From: Candidatus Gastranaerophilales bacterium
GTDB taxonomy: Bacteria > Cyanobacteriota > Vampirovibrionia > Gastranaerophilales > Gastranaerophilaceae
Direction: 5' to 3'
NCBI GenBank assembly: GCA_944325885.1
Contig: CALVBT010000003.1
Span: 40,251 to 104,250 of the forward strand
Length of the DNA stretch: 64,000 nucleotides
Part shown: in pieces, positions 1 to 7,242 of the stretch
Layout: each line of letters begins with the position of its first letter
How positions within the stretch are numbered: the stretch's first letter is position 1
Notes under the pieces: model-generated
Database searches by the model: none
What the model saw: the letters and a program-made list of their open reading frames with translations, nothing else
What the model was told of the DNA's origin: nothing
Translations under genes and position numbers: made by a program

Positions 1-994
1 TATAACTTTTTAAATCAGAAATAATTCTATCGTAAAGAAAATTTAAATCAGCATCTGAATTAGCAAATACTTCAAGTGACAAATCATTCAATTCTTGTTG
101 AATAATATTATATTGATCAACAGTTAAAATATTGGCTTTAATTAGAGTAATTACTCCATTTAAAACCGGCAGGTAACTATTTATAAGATTTTTCGCTTTT
201 GTTAGCAGTGTATTCTGAGCATCAAATCCAATTTTGGAGAAAAGAGCAGGTTCTAAAAGTATAAAACTATCTACTATTTTTAGGTTCATTGTAATTTGAT
301 GCCAATCTGCATTAGGTAGCTTAGCAATATCTAATTTCTTTAATAAAACATACAAAATATTTATTCCAAGGTTAACTTCTTGTATTTTTGTATTTTTAGT
401 CAAATATTGATCTAACTTTTTTAAGTATTCATTTATAAACAATATTAAATTATCTGTGTCAATTCTGTTAAGTAACAAATTTGTATGCCTTTCTATCGAA
501 GCAGGAAAATTTGCGACGTATAACATATTATCGGTAAGTTTAGAAATCTCCTGTTTTATATTGTTTTTTGTAAAATACAGTGTTTTTGCCAGTATTATAT
601 CTATTACATCAACAAAGGCACTATCAACATTTTCTAATTTAGGACTTGCGTTATATGGATGAGCATATATGCATCTATTTTCATAAATTTGTTTTAATTT
701 ATTTTCTTCAATTGCATCAATAAATCCATATTCTTTTGCTTTTGTTAATATGATTTTATCAGTTGCTTGTTTTCCATTAGCAGTATTAGTAATTTCATCA
801 TAAATTTTTTTTGCAGCCGGATCCGTTCGGCTTAATTGTTTAAATCTTTCAACAATAGATTCTATGCAAGCAAGCCAAATTAATATATATGCAGCTCTAT
901 ATTGTCCACAGTTAATAACTTTAACTGCATCAGTTATTAAAACTTTATCAGTGTCTTCCGGGATTTTTTTTATATATTCATTATAATCAGTCAT
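1..994 (-). CDS. Prophage accessory protein with DUF4145-like N-terminal helical domain (partial; C-terminus lies beyond window start)
   Basis: Absent from the ORF track because it is truncated. My own minus-strand translation is open from the ATG at about 992-994 down to base 1 (MTDYNEYIKKIPEDTDKVLITDAVKVINCGQYRAAYILIWLACIESIVERF...LKQIYENRCIYAHPYNASPKLENV...). The ATG overlaps the stop of the upstream 82-aa ORF (ATGACTGA). The DUF4145 resemblance is from a remembered family pattern, not a search. Confidence 0.55.
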   Translation of the reverse strand, partial: MTDYNEYIKKIPEDTDKVLITDAVKVINCGQYRAAYILIWLACIESIVERFKQLSRTDPAAKKIYDEITNTANGKQATDKIILTKAKEYGFIDAIEENKLKQIYENRCIYAHPYNASPKLENVDSAFVDVIDIILAKTLYFTKNNIKQEISKLTDNMLYVANFPASIERHTNLLLNRIDTDNLILFINEYLKKLDQYLTKNTKIQEVNLGINILYVLLKKLDIAKLPNADWHQITMNLKIVDSFILLEPALFSKIGFDAQNTLLTKAKNLINSYLPVLNGVITLIKANILTVDQYNIIQQELNDLSLEVFANSDADLNFLYDRIISDLKSY

Positions 995-1235
995 TTATTA
1001 TTGAATCCTCTAGCTCAAACTTTTTGTACAGCAGCATTCGTAGCTTTTCATAGGCTCTAAAACGTTGAATCATGTCTTCCGTAATAGTTGAATCATAATC
1101 ACAATCTGGTATTGTGTAAGCATAAGACTTATTTTTTTTCTTTATATCCTGAAACAGCCTGATATGGTCGTCATAATAACGCACATTCAAATCTGCTATT
1201 TCTATCTCCTGTTTTATCCGTTTTAAAGAGTCCAC
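987..1235 (-). CDS. Hypothetical small prophage protein (82 aa)
   Basis: ORF track. Same strand and tight spacing with the phage genes. Its stop overlaps the start of the downstream partial CDS, suggesting translational coupling. No recognisable motif. Confidence 0.5.
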   Translation of the reverse strand: MDSLKRIKQEIEIADLNVRYYDDHIRLFQDIKKKNKSYAYTIPDCDYDSTITEDMIQRFRAYEKLRMLLYKKFELEDSIIND

Positions 1236-1279
1236 ATTCTTATCCCCATTGACATCATGGTATATAAAAAAAGAAAAAG

Positions 1280-1299
1280 TTCAATATTTACATATTGAA
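1280..1299 (-). promoter_or_regulatory. Perfect dyad TTCAATAT-N4-ATATTGAA between mor and the next operon; candidate activator (Mor-type) site / middle-promoter element
   Basis: Read directly: ttcaatatttacatattgaa. On the minus strand it is followed about 20 nt later by a -10-like TATATACC and then the 82-aa ORF start at 1235. Phage Mu Mor acts at a promoter with an upstream dyad (established knowledge); the assignment here is inference. Confidence 0.3.
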
Positions 1300-1329
1300 C
1301 TGAAGAATATATGCCTATTAGGAAGAAGT

Positions 1330-1623
1330 TTAAGATGAACTTTTCTTTCTATGCTTATTTATTATGTTGTATATGTGCCGAGGGGTTAGTTCGCATTCTA
1401 TTGCCAGTTTATTTAGTGAGTACTTTGAATTTTGATAGTTTGAAATAATATATCGCTCTTTTAGTTTATTTAAGGCATTCTTTGGAATGGAAACAATCAA
1501 CCCGGGTGTGCATATTATCAATGCCAGAGCAGGTTTAATTCCTGCTGTTTCGGCTATGAATTTCAGGTCGTCATTCGGCATATCATCAGGTGTTACACCG
1601 TTTAACCACTGTTTAAATTCCAT
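1330..1623 (-). CDS. mor: Mor-family transcriptional activator (Mu middle operon regulator-like)
   Basis: 97 aa. The pattern DLKFIAETAGIKPALALI...IVSIPKNALNKLKERYIISNYQNSKYSLNKLAIECELTPRHIYNII matches the Mor layout (x-IYIPK-x-RN-x-I-x-F-x-G-x-LA-x-Y-x-LS-x-IY-x-I). GAGGA RBS upstream. Lies in a Mu-like early region. Confidence 0.75.
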   Translation of the reverse strand: MEFKQWLNGVTPDDMPNDDLKFIAETAGIKPALALIICTPGLIVSIPKNALNKLKERYIISNYQNSKYSLNKLAIECELTPRHIYNIINKHRKKSSS

Positions 1624-1663
1624 TTAATCCTCATGTCAAATCTCCGATTATGAAGTATAAGCA

Positions 1664-1685
1664 GTGCAGGGAATTTTCCCTGCAC
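1664..1685 (-). terminator. GC-rich 9-bp hairpin (GTGCAGGGA/TCCCTGCAC) between the early genes and mor; possible attenuator/terminator
   Basis: Read directly, just downstream of the 91-aa ORF stop (1691) on the minus strand. The following tract is only moderately T-rich. Confidence 0.35.
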
Positions 1686-1690
1686 TATTG

Positions 1691-1966
1691 TTATGCGTTA
1701 ATAAGCGTATCAATGGTATTGTTTTTAAAAGCTTGAGTTAAATCAGCTTCAAGCTCTTTTAAAACAAATATTTTAGATCTTAAAATTTCAAAATTTCTTG
1801 CACTATTTGCAACTTTATTTAAAGAAGCCATCACATCTTTTATGTTTTCCGGTCTTTCTTCTTGTAATAAACCTTCAGCAAAGATTTTAGAGTTTTCTGC
1901 CAACTTAGCTTCTAATGTTTTTTGCTTTTCTTTGATAATTGTTAAAACTTGCTCTTGTGTATCCAT
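1691..1966 (-). CDS. Hypothetical prophage early protein, coiled-coil (91 aa)
   Basis: ORF track. Co-directional and tightly packed with the GemA-like and Mor genes. No motif recognised. Confidence 0.5.
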   Translation of the reverse strand: MDTQEQVLTIIKEKQKTLEAKLAENSKIFAEGLLQEERPENIKDVMASLNKVANSARNFEILRSKIFVLKELEADLTQAFKNNTIDTLINA

Positions 1967-1989
1967 TGTTATTCTCCTATTTATGTGTG

Positions 1990-2448
1990 CTAAACAGATG
2001 TGGCCGCATCGTCTAAATTTTTCTTCATACGGGTAATTGCTTGGATCGCTTTTATTCCTTTTTCTTTTGTTAAAAACGCCGTATCTTCTATATTGAATTT
2101 CTTTCTTAAAAAAGTTCTTAATGATTGTTTTGCAAACTTGTCTGTATCTTCATAACTAAGCTCACGCCAAAGCCCTTCTATCATTCTTCTTTGCGCTCCA
2201 GTTGCCATATATGATGCACGTGATGAATCATCATATTTTAATGGCTGTTTTATCCATAGATTTGCTTTTATTGCATTATCTTCCAATATTTCGAGAATAA
2301 TTTTCGCTTCAGTGTATGTAAGATTTTTAGATGTGGTAACATCAAAACTACGCAGCATATTGCGGTATGTGTTATCATCAATACCAAGAAGATTTTTTAA
2401 CGTATGAATCTTTCTTATTTGAAATTTAGTGATACTGTATGCTCTCAA
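1990..2448 (-). CDS. gemA: GemA/gp16-like regulatory protein (DUF1018 family)
   Basis: 152 aa. IRKIHTLKNLLGIDDNTYRNMLRSFDVTTSKNLTYTEAKIILEIL matches the remembered DUF1018 pattern (I-x-x-IH-x-LG-x-DD-x-YR-x-L-x-S-x-x-L-x-EA). Non-ATG (TTG) start in the track. Sits downstream of the MuB-like gene, as in Mu. Confidence 0.7.
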   Translation of the reverse strand: MRAYSITKFQIRKIHTLKNLLGIDDNTYRNMLRSFDVTTSKNLTYTEAKIILEILEDNAIKANLWIKQPLKYDDSSRASYMATGAQRRMIEGLWRELSYEDTDKFAKQSLRTFLRKKFNIEDTAFLTKEKGIKAIQAITRMKKNLDDAATSV

Positions 2449-2566
2449 TACCGAGTTCCTCCAGTTGAATATGTCTGCCGTGATAAATACCTATTTGAAC
2501 TCCGATAATTAAAATTGTTAGGAGTATCAGTAATGTATAAAAAATTTTTGAAGTATTAAATTCCAT
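2426..2566 (-). CDS. Small membrane protein (46 aa), prophage early region
   Basis: Own translation: MEFNTSKIFYTLLILLTILIIGVQIGIYHGRHIQLEELGIESIQYH, one TM helix. AGGAG lies 5 nt upstream of the ATG, immediately after the MuB-like stop. Too short for the ORF track. Confidence 0.45.
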   Translation of the reverse strand: MEFNTSKIFYTLLILLTILIIGVQIGIYHGRHIQLEELGIESIQYH

Positions 2567-2574
2567 CTATTCTC

Positions 2575-3450
2575 CTACACCATAAGTAATAGCGATGATT
2601 TTTCTATTACAAGCTCATCAATTCTGTCTTTTTTGTTGATTTTGGCAATAAAAAGAGAATGCGAAATTAAATTGGAAAGCGTTCTCATATTACCATCCGA
2701 ATATTTTAAATATGTGGAAGCAAGTGAAAGGTCTATATGCATTGCTTCAAGAACTTTCATTACATCTTGTATTGATAATTTATTGAGTGATTTATAATAT
2801 TTAACTCTTGAATACAGTTGTTTATATTCAGTCATATGCAGATAAAGTTCAGAGGCACCAATGAGAAGAATACCGATTCCTGTTTTATCATGTATTCTGC
2901 GTGCCATTTCCAATGCACTGTATTTCAGTTTGTCAGCCTCATCTATGATTAAGAATCTGCCGGAATTATACAGTTTATTTAAAACTTCACATTTTAGTTT
3001 ATATGTTGTTCCTGTACCTGAGAGGTTTAATCTTTTGTGAATATCTAACAAGAGTGCTTTTGCAGAGTAACTTGAATCACTTTCTATAAGAATGCTGTCA
3101 AGATATTTGTCTGTGTATTTTTTTATTGCATAAGTTTTTCCAAGTCCCGGTTGTCCTGTGCAAACACCAATTTTTCCGCTAGTATGACAAACTCTGCTTA
3201 TTTCGTGAACATACTTTACTGTTGATGTTTCTATATATGGAATTTCTTCTTCAACAACACGTGCTTCTTCTCTATCAATAAAGTTGTTTACAACATCAAT
3301 AATACGATTGTCTTTTCCTGTATAATCGTGATTTAGCCAGCGGCTAATATCTGTTTTTGTTAATTCAGTAGCCTGAACAACATCTGCGTAAGAATAATTT
3401 TTCTTTTTTAGTAAGTTAATAAATTTTTCTTTTAAGTCCATTTTATGCAC
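2575..3450 (-). CDS. MuB-like AAA+ ATPase (DNA transposition protein B) with N-terminal HTH
   Basis: 291 aa. N-terminal HTH (DVVQATELTKTDISRWLN), Walker A GQPGLGKT, Walker B LIIDEADKL. Start overlaps the stop of the transposase gene. Confidence 0.8.
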   Translation of the reverse strand: MHKMDLKEKFINLLKKKNYSYADVVQATELTKTDISRWLNHDYTGKDNRIIDVVNNFIDREEARVVEEEIPYIETSTVKYVHEISRVCHTSGKIGVCTGQPGLGKTYAIKKYTDKYLDSILIESDSSYSAKALLLDIHKRLNLSGTGTTYKLKCEVLNKLYNSGRFLIIDEADKLKYSALEMARRIHDKTGIGILLIGASELYLHMTEYKQLYSRVKYYKSLNKLSIQDVMKVLEAMHIDLSLASTYLKYSDGNMRTLSNLISHSLFIAKINKKDRIDELVIEKSSLLLMV

Positions 3451-5401
3451 CCTTGCTTTCCTTCTCTAATACGCAATCTGTTTCAAATAAAAATAGACGT
3501 TCTTCTTGAGTTTTATTGCGTTGTTCAAATACTGAGAGGTCAAAATTATTCATCTCAGCCATTAATTTACTTTTTTGTATAGCTTTATCCATATTGGTAT
3601 TGGCTATTTTTGAAATTTTAGGATTTATTGCCGGTAAATCTTTTTGATATAAAGCTTTGTAGTTTGCACATTGTTCATTTAAGCTAATATCTTGAGTTCG
3701 TTTAATAAATTCTTTAGCTACCTTTAGATTTCTTTTTTTTGCAGACATAGCCTCTTTGAATTCCTGTTTGGAAACTATATCTGCATCCAATGCTGCAACC
3801 GCACTCATGGCAGAAACGTTACCTATAAATTCATCATTATCGGCACGGAACACCCACGCCTCTTTGTAATTTTGAATATCTCGACGAAGATAAACTTTGA
3901 GATCAGTACGGGCTGACATCCAGTCTGCCCAATATGTAATCCCAAGTTCATTGTCCCTGATACCGTTTCTGCCTATTCTAAAAATGCGGGATGTTCTCAT
4001 ACAGAATAGTTTGAGAGCATCTTTGGAAGTTATAATTTTTTCCGTGAATTCCTGATTAAACAGTTCATCTGGACAAAGACCTTTAAGGTTTTTACCTTGA
4101 GACGGTTTTTTATTTAGAATATTAATTACAAAATCGTCAAATAGTTCCTTGAATTCATTAAAAGGCATAATTTTGCCTCTTTTAATTTCTTCTTTTAGTT
4201 TTTCAGGACGTTCAAGAATATTTCCGCCTCTGTAGCCTACTGCGTGCTTTGACAAAAGTTCTTTTATCTTTAAAAAATCCCTTTCAATGGGCTTTGTCTG
4301 ACCATTGTAAGGTTGAGCAAAATGAACTTTTATATTTAATTCTGCAAGCATTGAAGTTGTTTTCACTTCGTCTGTTTCAATAGTTATTCTTTTTCGTCCT
4401 CCGGCAAAATCTCTACACCGATAATCTTTACCATTGTCAATAATTACATCACTAGGAAGTCCGAATGCTCTTGCAGCATAATAAAAGGTCTGAAAAATAT
4501 GGTCTGAATTTGGGTGTCCTGTCTGTAGCAACCAACCAAGCCATTTAGAAGATTTAAAATCTCTCCACGCTGTTACCCAAGGAAAGACTGCATCTCCTGT
4601 TTCATTAAGACAAGCTATATCTATTTGAGCGTGGTCAGAAACCCATACTTTGCCGCAGGTAATATTAGAATAATCACGTTCTATATAATTGCTATATTTA
4701 CGATTCCAAGCCGACTGACCATAACGTGCAAGATAAATCGCCTGCTTAGGAATTTCTTTTTCCAATCTTCTTCTGAAAGAATGATGGCTTGGAAACATTT
4801 TAATATCAAAATTTTCACGAAGTGCATATCCTTTAGTCTGTTCCCAACAAGAGTACAGAGATGGTGCGCCTTCTTTTAGATATAAATTTTTGAAATATTC
4901 ATATAGTTTATCGTCAACTATTGTTTCTCCTGCTCTTTTTCCATATTGAGCAAGTAATCCGTTTAACCCAAATTCTTTATATCTTTGACGCATTTTTCTG
5001 ATAGAAGAGTAAGATGTTTGAAAGCACGGATTGCAACAATTCCATTTTGCAACAAAATCAATCAATGATTTTCCCGTCAAATTTTCACACGCATTCAGAA
5101 TGTTAATATATTTATCTGCCTGAACTTTAGCCCAAACAGGTGCATCTGAATAAGAATCTTGGTTGTATCTGAAATCCTTAAATTTTTTCAGATACTCTTT
5201 TTGGATATTATCTGTTAACGATGAAACATTTATATAATACAAGTGCTTTGTGCCGGATTGTTCTATTTTAAAGCAGAATTCTCCTTTTGAACATTTCTGT
5301 CTTAATGTTTTAGGTTTAATGTTCAAGATGCAGCAGGCTTCTTCTTCGTTAAGCCATTGAGGAATATTTTCGTTTATTTCGTTAATCGGCTTCATTAACA
5401 C
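3443..5401 (-). CDS. MuA-like DDE transposase (rve core plus Mu-type N-terminal DNA-binding domain)
   Basis: 652 aa. Candidate DDE residues sit in VWVSDHAQIDI, VIIDNGKDYR and PYNGQTKPIERDF. Winged-helix-like N-terminus. Followed by the AAA+ partner gene. Confidence 0.85.
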   Translation of the reverse strand: MLMKPINEINENIPQWLNEEEACCILNIKPKTLRQKCSKGEFCFKIEQSGTKHLYYINVSSLTDNIQKEYLKKFKDFRYNQDSYSDAPVWAKVQADKYINILNACENLTGKSLIDFVAKWNCCNPCFQTSYSSIRKMRQRYKEFGLNGLLAQYGKRAGETIVDDKLYEYFKNLYLKEGAPSLYSCWEQTKGYALRENFDIKMFPSHHSFRRRLEKEIPKQAIYLARYGQSAWNRKYSNYIERDYSNITCGKVWVSDHAQIDIACLNETGDAVFPWVTAWRDFKSSKWLGWLLQTGHPNSDHIFQTFYYAARAFGLPSDVIIDNGKDYRCRDFAGGRKRITIETDEVKTTSMLAELNIKVHFAQPYNGQTKPIERDFLKIKELLSKHAVGYRGGNILERPEKLKEEIKRGKIMPFNEFKELFDDFVINILNKKPSQGKNLKGLCPDELFNQEFTEKIITSKDALKLFCMRTSRIFRIGRNGIRDNELGITYWADWMSARTDLKVYLRRDIQNYKEAWVFRADNDEFIGNVSAMSAVAALDADIVSKQEFKEAMSAKKRNLKVAKEFIKRTQDISLNEQCANYKALYQKDLPAINPKISKIANTNMDKAIQKSKLMAEMNNFDLSVFEQRNKTQEERLFLFETDCVLEKESKGA

Positions 5402-5603
5402 AATAGTCCTTGATTTTTATATCGAATACTTTTTCAATAAGATATAATTCAAGCTCAATGCTTTTTCTTTCGCCGGTTAAATACATACTGACTGTGCTAT
5501 TTGCAACGTGAATTTCTTTGGCAACCTCTGTAACCTTCAAGTCCAAAATCATAAAAATGAATTTAGCAGTCAAAATTTTAGGTATATAACTAATATTTCG
5601 CAT
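5382..5603 (-). CDS. Ner/Cro-like small HTH regulator
   Basis: The track ORF is 5382..5699. I prefer the internal ATG at 5603, which has AGAGG upstream and gives 73 aa. HTH VTEVAKEIHVANSTVSMYLTGER. It is the first gene of the early operon and overlaps the transposase start. An even shorter start at 5552 is possible. Confidence 0.55.
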   Translation of the reverse strand: MRNISYIPKILTAKFIFMILDLKVTEVAKEIHVANSTVSMYLTGERKSIELELYLIEKVFDIKIKDYCVNEAD

Positions 5604-5751
5604 AAAAAATTTGACCTCTGATATGTGTGATGCTGCCAACAAAAAAAAGGCAAAGCCCAATTGTCTATGTATTTTCCGTTTGTGGCTATTTTTTATCAAT
5701 TGTCTTTATATGAACAATTATATTTATGCGGAAATAAAAATAAATACCTGA

Positions 5752-5800
5752 AAAACAAAGCCTGTGAAGGATTTCACAGATAAAATAAGGGCTTTGTTTT
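5752..5800 (-). terminator. Long hairpin (AAAACAAAGCC ... GGCTTTGTTTT) with flanking T/A runs; bidirectional terminator-like insulator between the two transposition modules
   Basis: 11-bp complementary arms read directly. The loop contains the TGTGA-N6-TCACA palindrome. A T-run follows on the plus strand (ttttttgatttttttt) and TTTTT on the minus strand. Confidence 0.45.
5763..5778. promoter_or_regulatory. Palindromic operator-like site TGTGAAGGATTTCACA upstream of the Ner-like/early operon
   Basis: Perfect TGTGA-N6-TCACA dyad read directly, 64-160 bp upstream of the candidate early-gene starts. A related site is repeated at 5862-5875 and 9341-9360. Confidence 0.45.
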
Positions 5801-5861
5801 TTTGATTTTTTTTAGTTTTAAATAATAACTGGATTTAAAACTTTCACAAAAAATACAAAAT

Positions 5862-5875
5862 TGTGAAATATTTCA
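5862..5875. promoter_or_regulatory. Second copy of the operator-like sequence (TGTGAAATATTTCA)
   Basis: The 15-nt string ttgtgaaatatttca (5861-5875) is identical to 9342-9356. Confidence 0.4.
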
Positions 5876-5885
5876 TTACAATTTC

Positions 5886-6560
5886 TTAACAATTCATTAA
5901 ATTACAAAGCTCATTAACCAATTGTGTATAATTTTTTCCATTTCGCCATATAACTTCAGCAATATGAAAATGTGTATAATATCGCATTGTATTATGAGCT
6001 AATTTTCTTTTTATTTTTGAATATAATTTACAAAATTCTCTAGCTTCTGAAGCTGAAAACAATCTACCATCAAGAGAACAAAGCGGTCTATCAGCAATAT
6101 AGTACTTTGACTTAAAACTATAAAAATAAAAACTTTTATTAAAAAAGGTTCTTTCTCTCGGAATTTGAGAGCTTTTTGAGATTAATAACTCACACTCTTG
6201 TAATTGTTTTTGGTAGATTACTTCTCTAATACTTTTAAATATTATTGATACCCTGTTTTCACATAAATTAATTACTTTGGAAACTTTTTCAACAGGTATT
6301 TCAGCACAAAAACACCTTATTAAAAATTCGGTATTTTCGGCAGGATAATTATCTATTACATACATTAATTTATTATTTTTAATAACAGAATCCTTTTCTA
6401 TATAAATATAGTAACCATCTTTTAGAATTAAATTACCATTTTGAATTAAATCTTGTAAAATCGGCTCTAGTTCTTCTATTGAAAATTGAGAGATTAAAGC
6501 AATTCTATCCAAACTGAACATATTTAGGTGTTTGCAAAGTCGCAATATTTTTTCTTTCAT
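5886..6560 (-). CDS. IS1595/ISXO2-like transposase-derived protein lacking the DDE core; N-terminal winged-helix-like extension
   Basis: 224 aa. Two blocks resemble the HTH and C-terminal blocks of short ISXO2-like transposases as I remember them (LIELF-A-TA-AA-L-GVN-T...LR-I and IE-FW-AKR-L-KF-G...LKECE-RFN): LIRCFCAEIPVEKVSKVINLCENRVSIIFKSIREVIY and EFCKLYSKIKRKLAHNTMRYYTHFHIAEVIWRNGKN. The central DESYFGG/DDE region is absent. Overlaps the upstream AAA+ gene by 17-56 nt. Confidence 0.55.
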   Translation of the reverse strand: MKEKILRLCKHLNMFSLDRIALISQFSIEELEPILQDLIQNGNLILKDGYYIYIEKDSVIKNNKLMYVIDNYPAENTEFLIRCFCAEIPVEKVSKVINLCENRVSIIFKSIREVIYQKQLQECELLISKSSQIPRERTFFNKSFYFYSFKSKYYIADRPLCSLDGRLFSASEAREFCKLYSKIKRKLAHNTMRYYTHFHIAEVIWRNGKNYTQLVNELCNLMNC

Positions 6561-7242
6561 ATAATAAATTCCTTATAACTTCTGCATCTACGTAATCTAT
6601 AGAATTTGTTTTTGATAACTTTTCAATCTTGTCGATAATTTTGGCAATTTCTCTAAATTTATTAGTTTTATTTGCAATAAAATCTATAGCATCATCGCTA
6701 AACTCTATATCAGACAGGGATGTAACTATTTCATTAATATCCTGTTTATTAAATGCTTGAAATTTTAAAATAGAGTATAAACGCCCATAAATATGACTTA
6801 ATTTTGAAAGTTTTCTGTCACAATCTGCCATCCCGACAAGAACAATAGGAATTCCGGTTTTGTCATGAATATCTCTTAAGGTTTCTATTGATTTGTTTGC
6901 AATAAGATAATCAACCTCATCGACAATAATTATTTTGGGGTTTACTTTTAACTGTTTTTCAATAGCATTAAAGTTGTCTTCCAGTCTTCCGTAACGAGAT
7001 GTATCTAACTGTGAAAGAATATCGTGCATTAGCCATCTGCTGGTCATTTTATTGTTTGCACGAACATAGATAGCAATATCATAATTTTGCATTACCCACC
7101 ACAGAAGTGTTTCCGTCTTCCCTAGTCCTTGCTCACCATAAACAAGAGCCATTTTCGGAACATTAACAGGTAGATTTTTTAATGTATCCATTAAAGTTGT
7201 AAACATTTTGACGTTTTTGGTTTTTAAAAATGTATTTTTCAT
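6505..7242 (-). CDS. TniB/TnsC/MuB-like AAA+ ATPase (transposition helper), no N-terminal HTH
   Basis: 245 aa. Walker A GEQGLGKT, Walker B IIIVDEVDYL. The block IHDKTGIPIVLVG is paralogous to IHDKTGIGILLIG of the 291-aa MuB-like protein. Start overlaps the transposase stop. Confidence 0.8.
   Translation of the reverse strand: MKNTFLKTKNVKMFTTLMDTLKNLPVNVPKMALVYGEQGLGKTETLLWWVMQNYDIAIYVRANNKMTSRWLMHDILSQLDTSRYGRLEDNFNAIEKQLKVNPKIIIVDEVDYLIANKSIETLRDIHDKTGIPIVLVGMADCDRKLSKLSHIYGRLYSILKFQAFNKQDINEIVTSLSDIEFSDDAIDFIANKTNKFREIAKIIDKIEKLSKTNSIDYVDAEVIRNLLYERKNIATLQTPKYVQFG

Larger units (their letters stand above)
1..5857 (-). mobile_element. Mu-like transposable prophage, left-end/early region (partial; continues beyond window start)
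   Basis: Gene order Ner-like, MuA-like, MuB-like, small early ORFs, GemA-like, Mor, all on one strand. Candidate tip 5'-TGTATTTTTTGTGAAAG reads inward from 5857. The boundary is tentative. Confidence 0.65.

Noticed and set aside
456-662. 68-aa plus-strand ORF near the window start.
   Set aside because: It lies antisense inside the long minus-strand open frame (1-994) that is translationally coupled to the upstream phage gene.
5763-5778. Calling the TGTGA-N6-TCACA palindromes CRP-binding sites.
   Set aside because: The consensus match is exact, but the motif is short and AT-rich, and no CRP/FNR regulator can be tied to it from this window. I kept it only as a generic operator-like site shared by the two modules.
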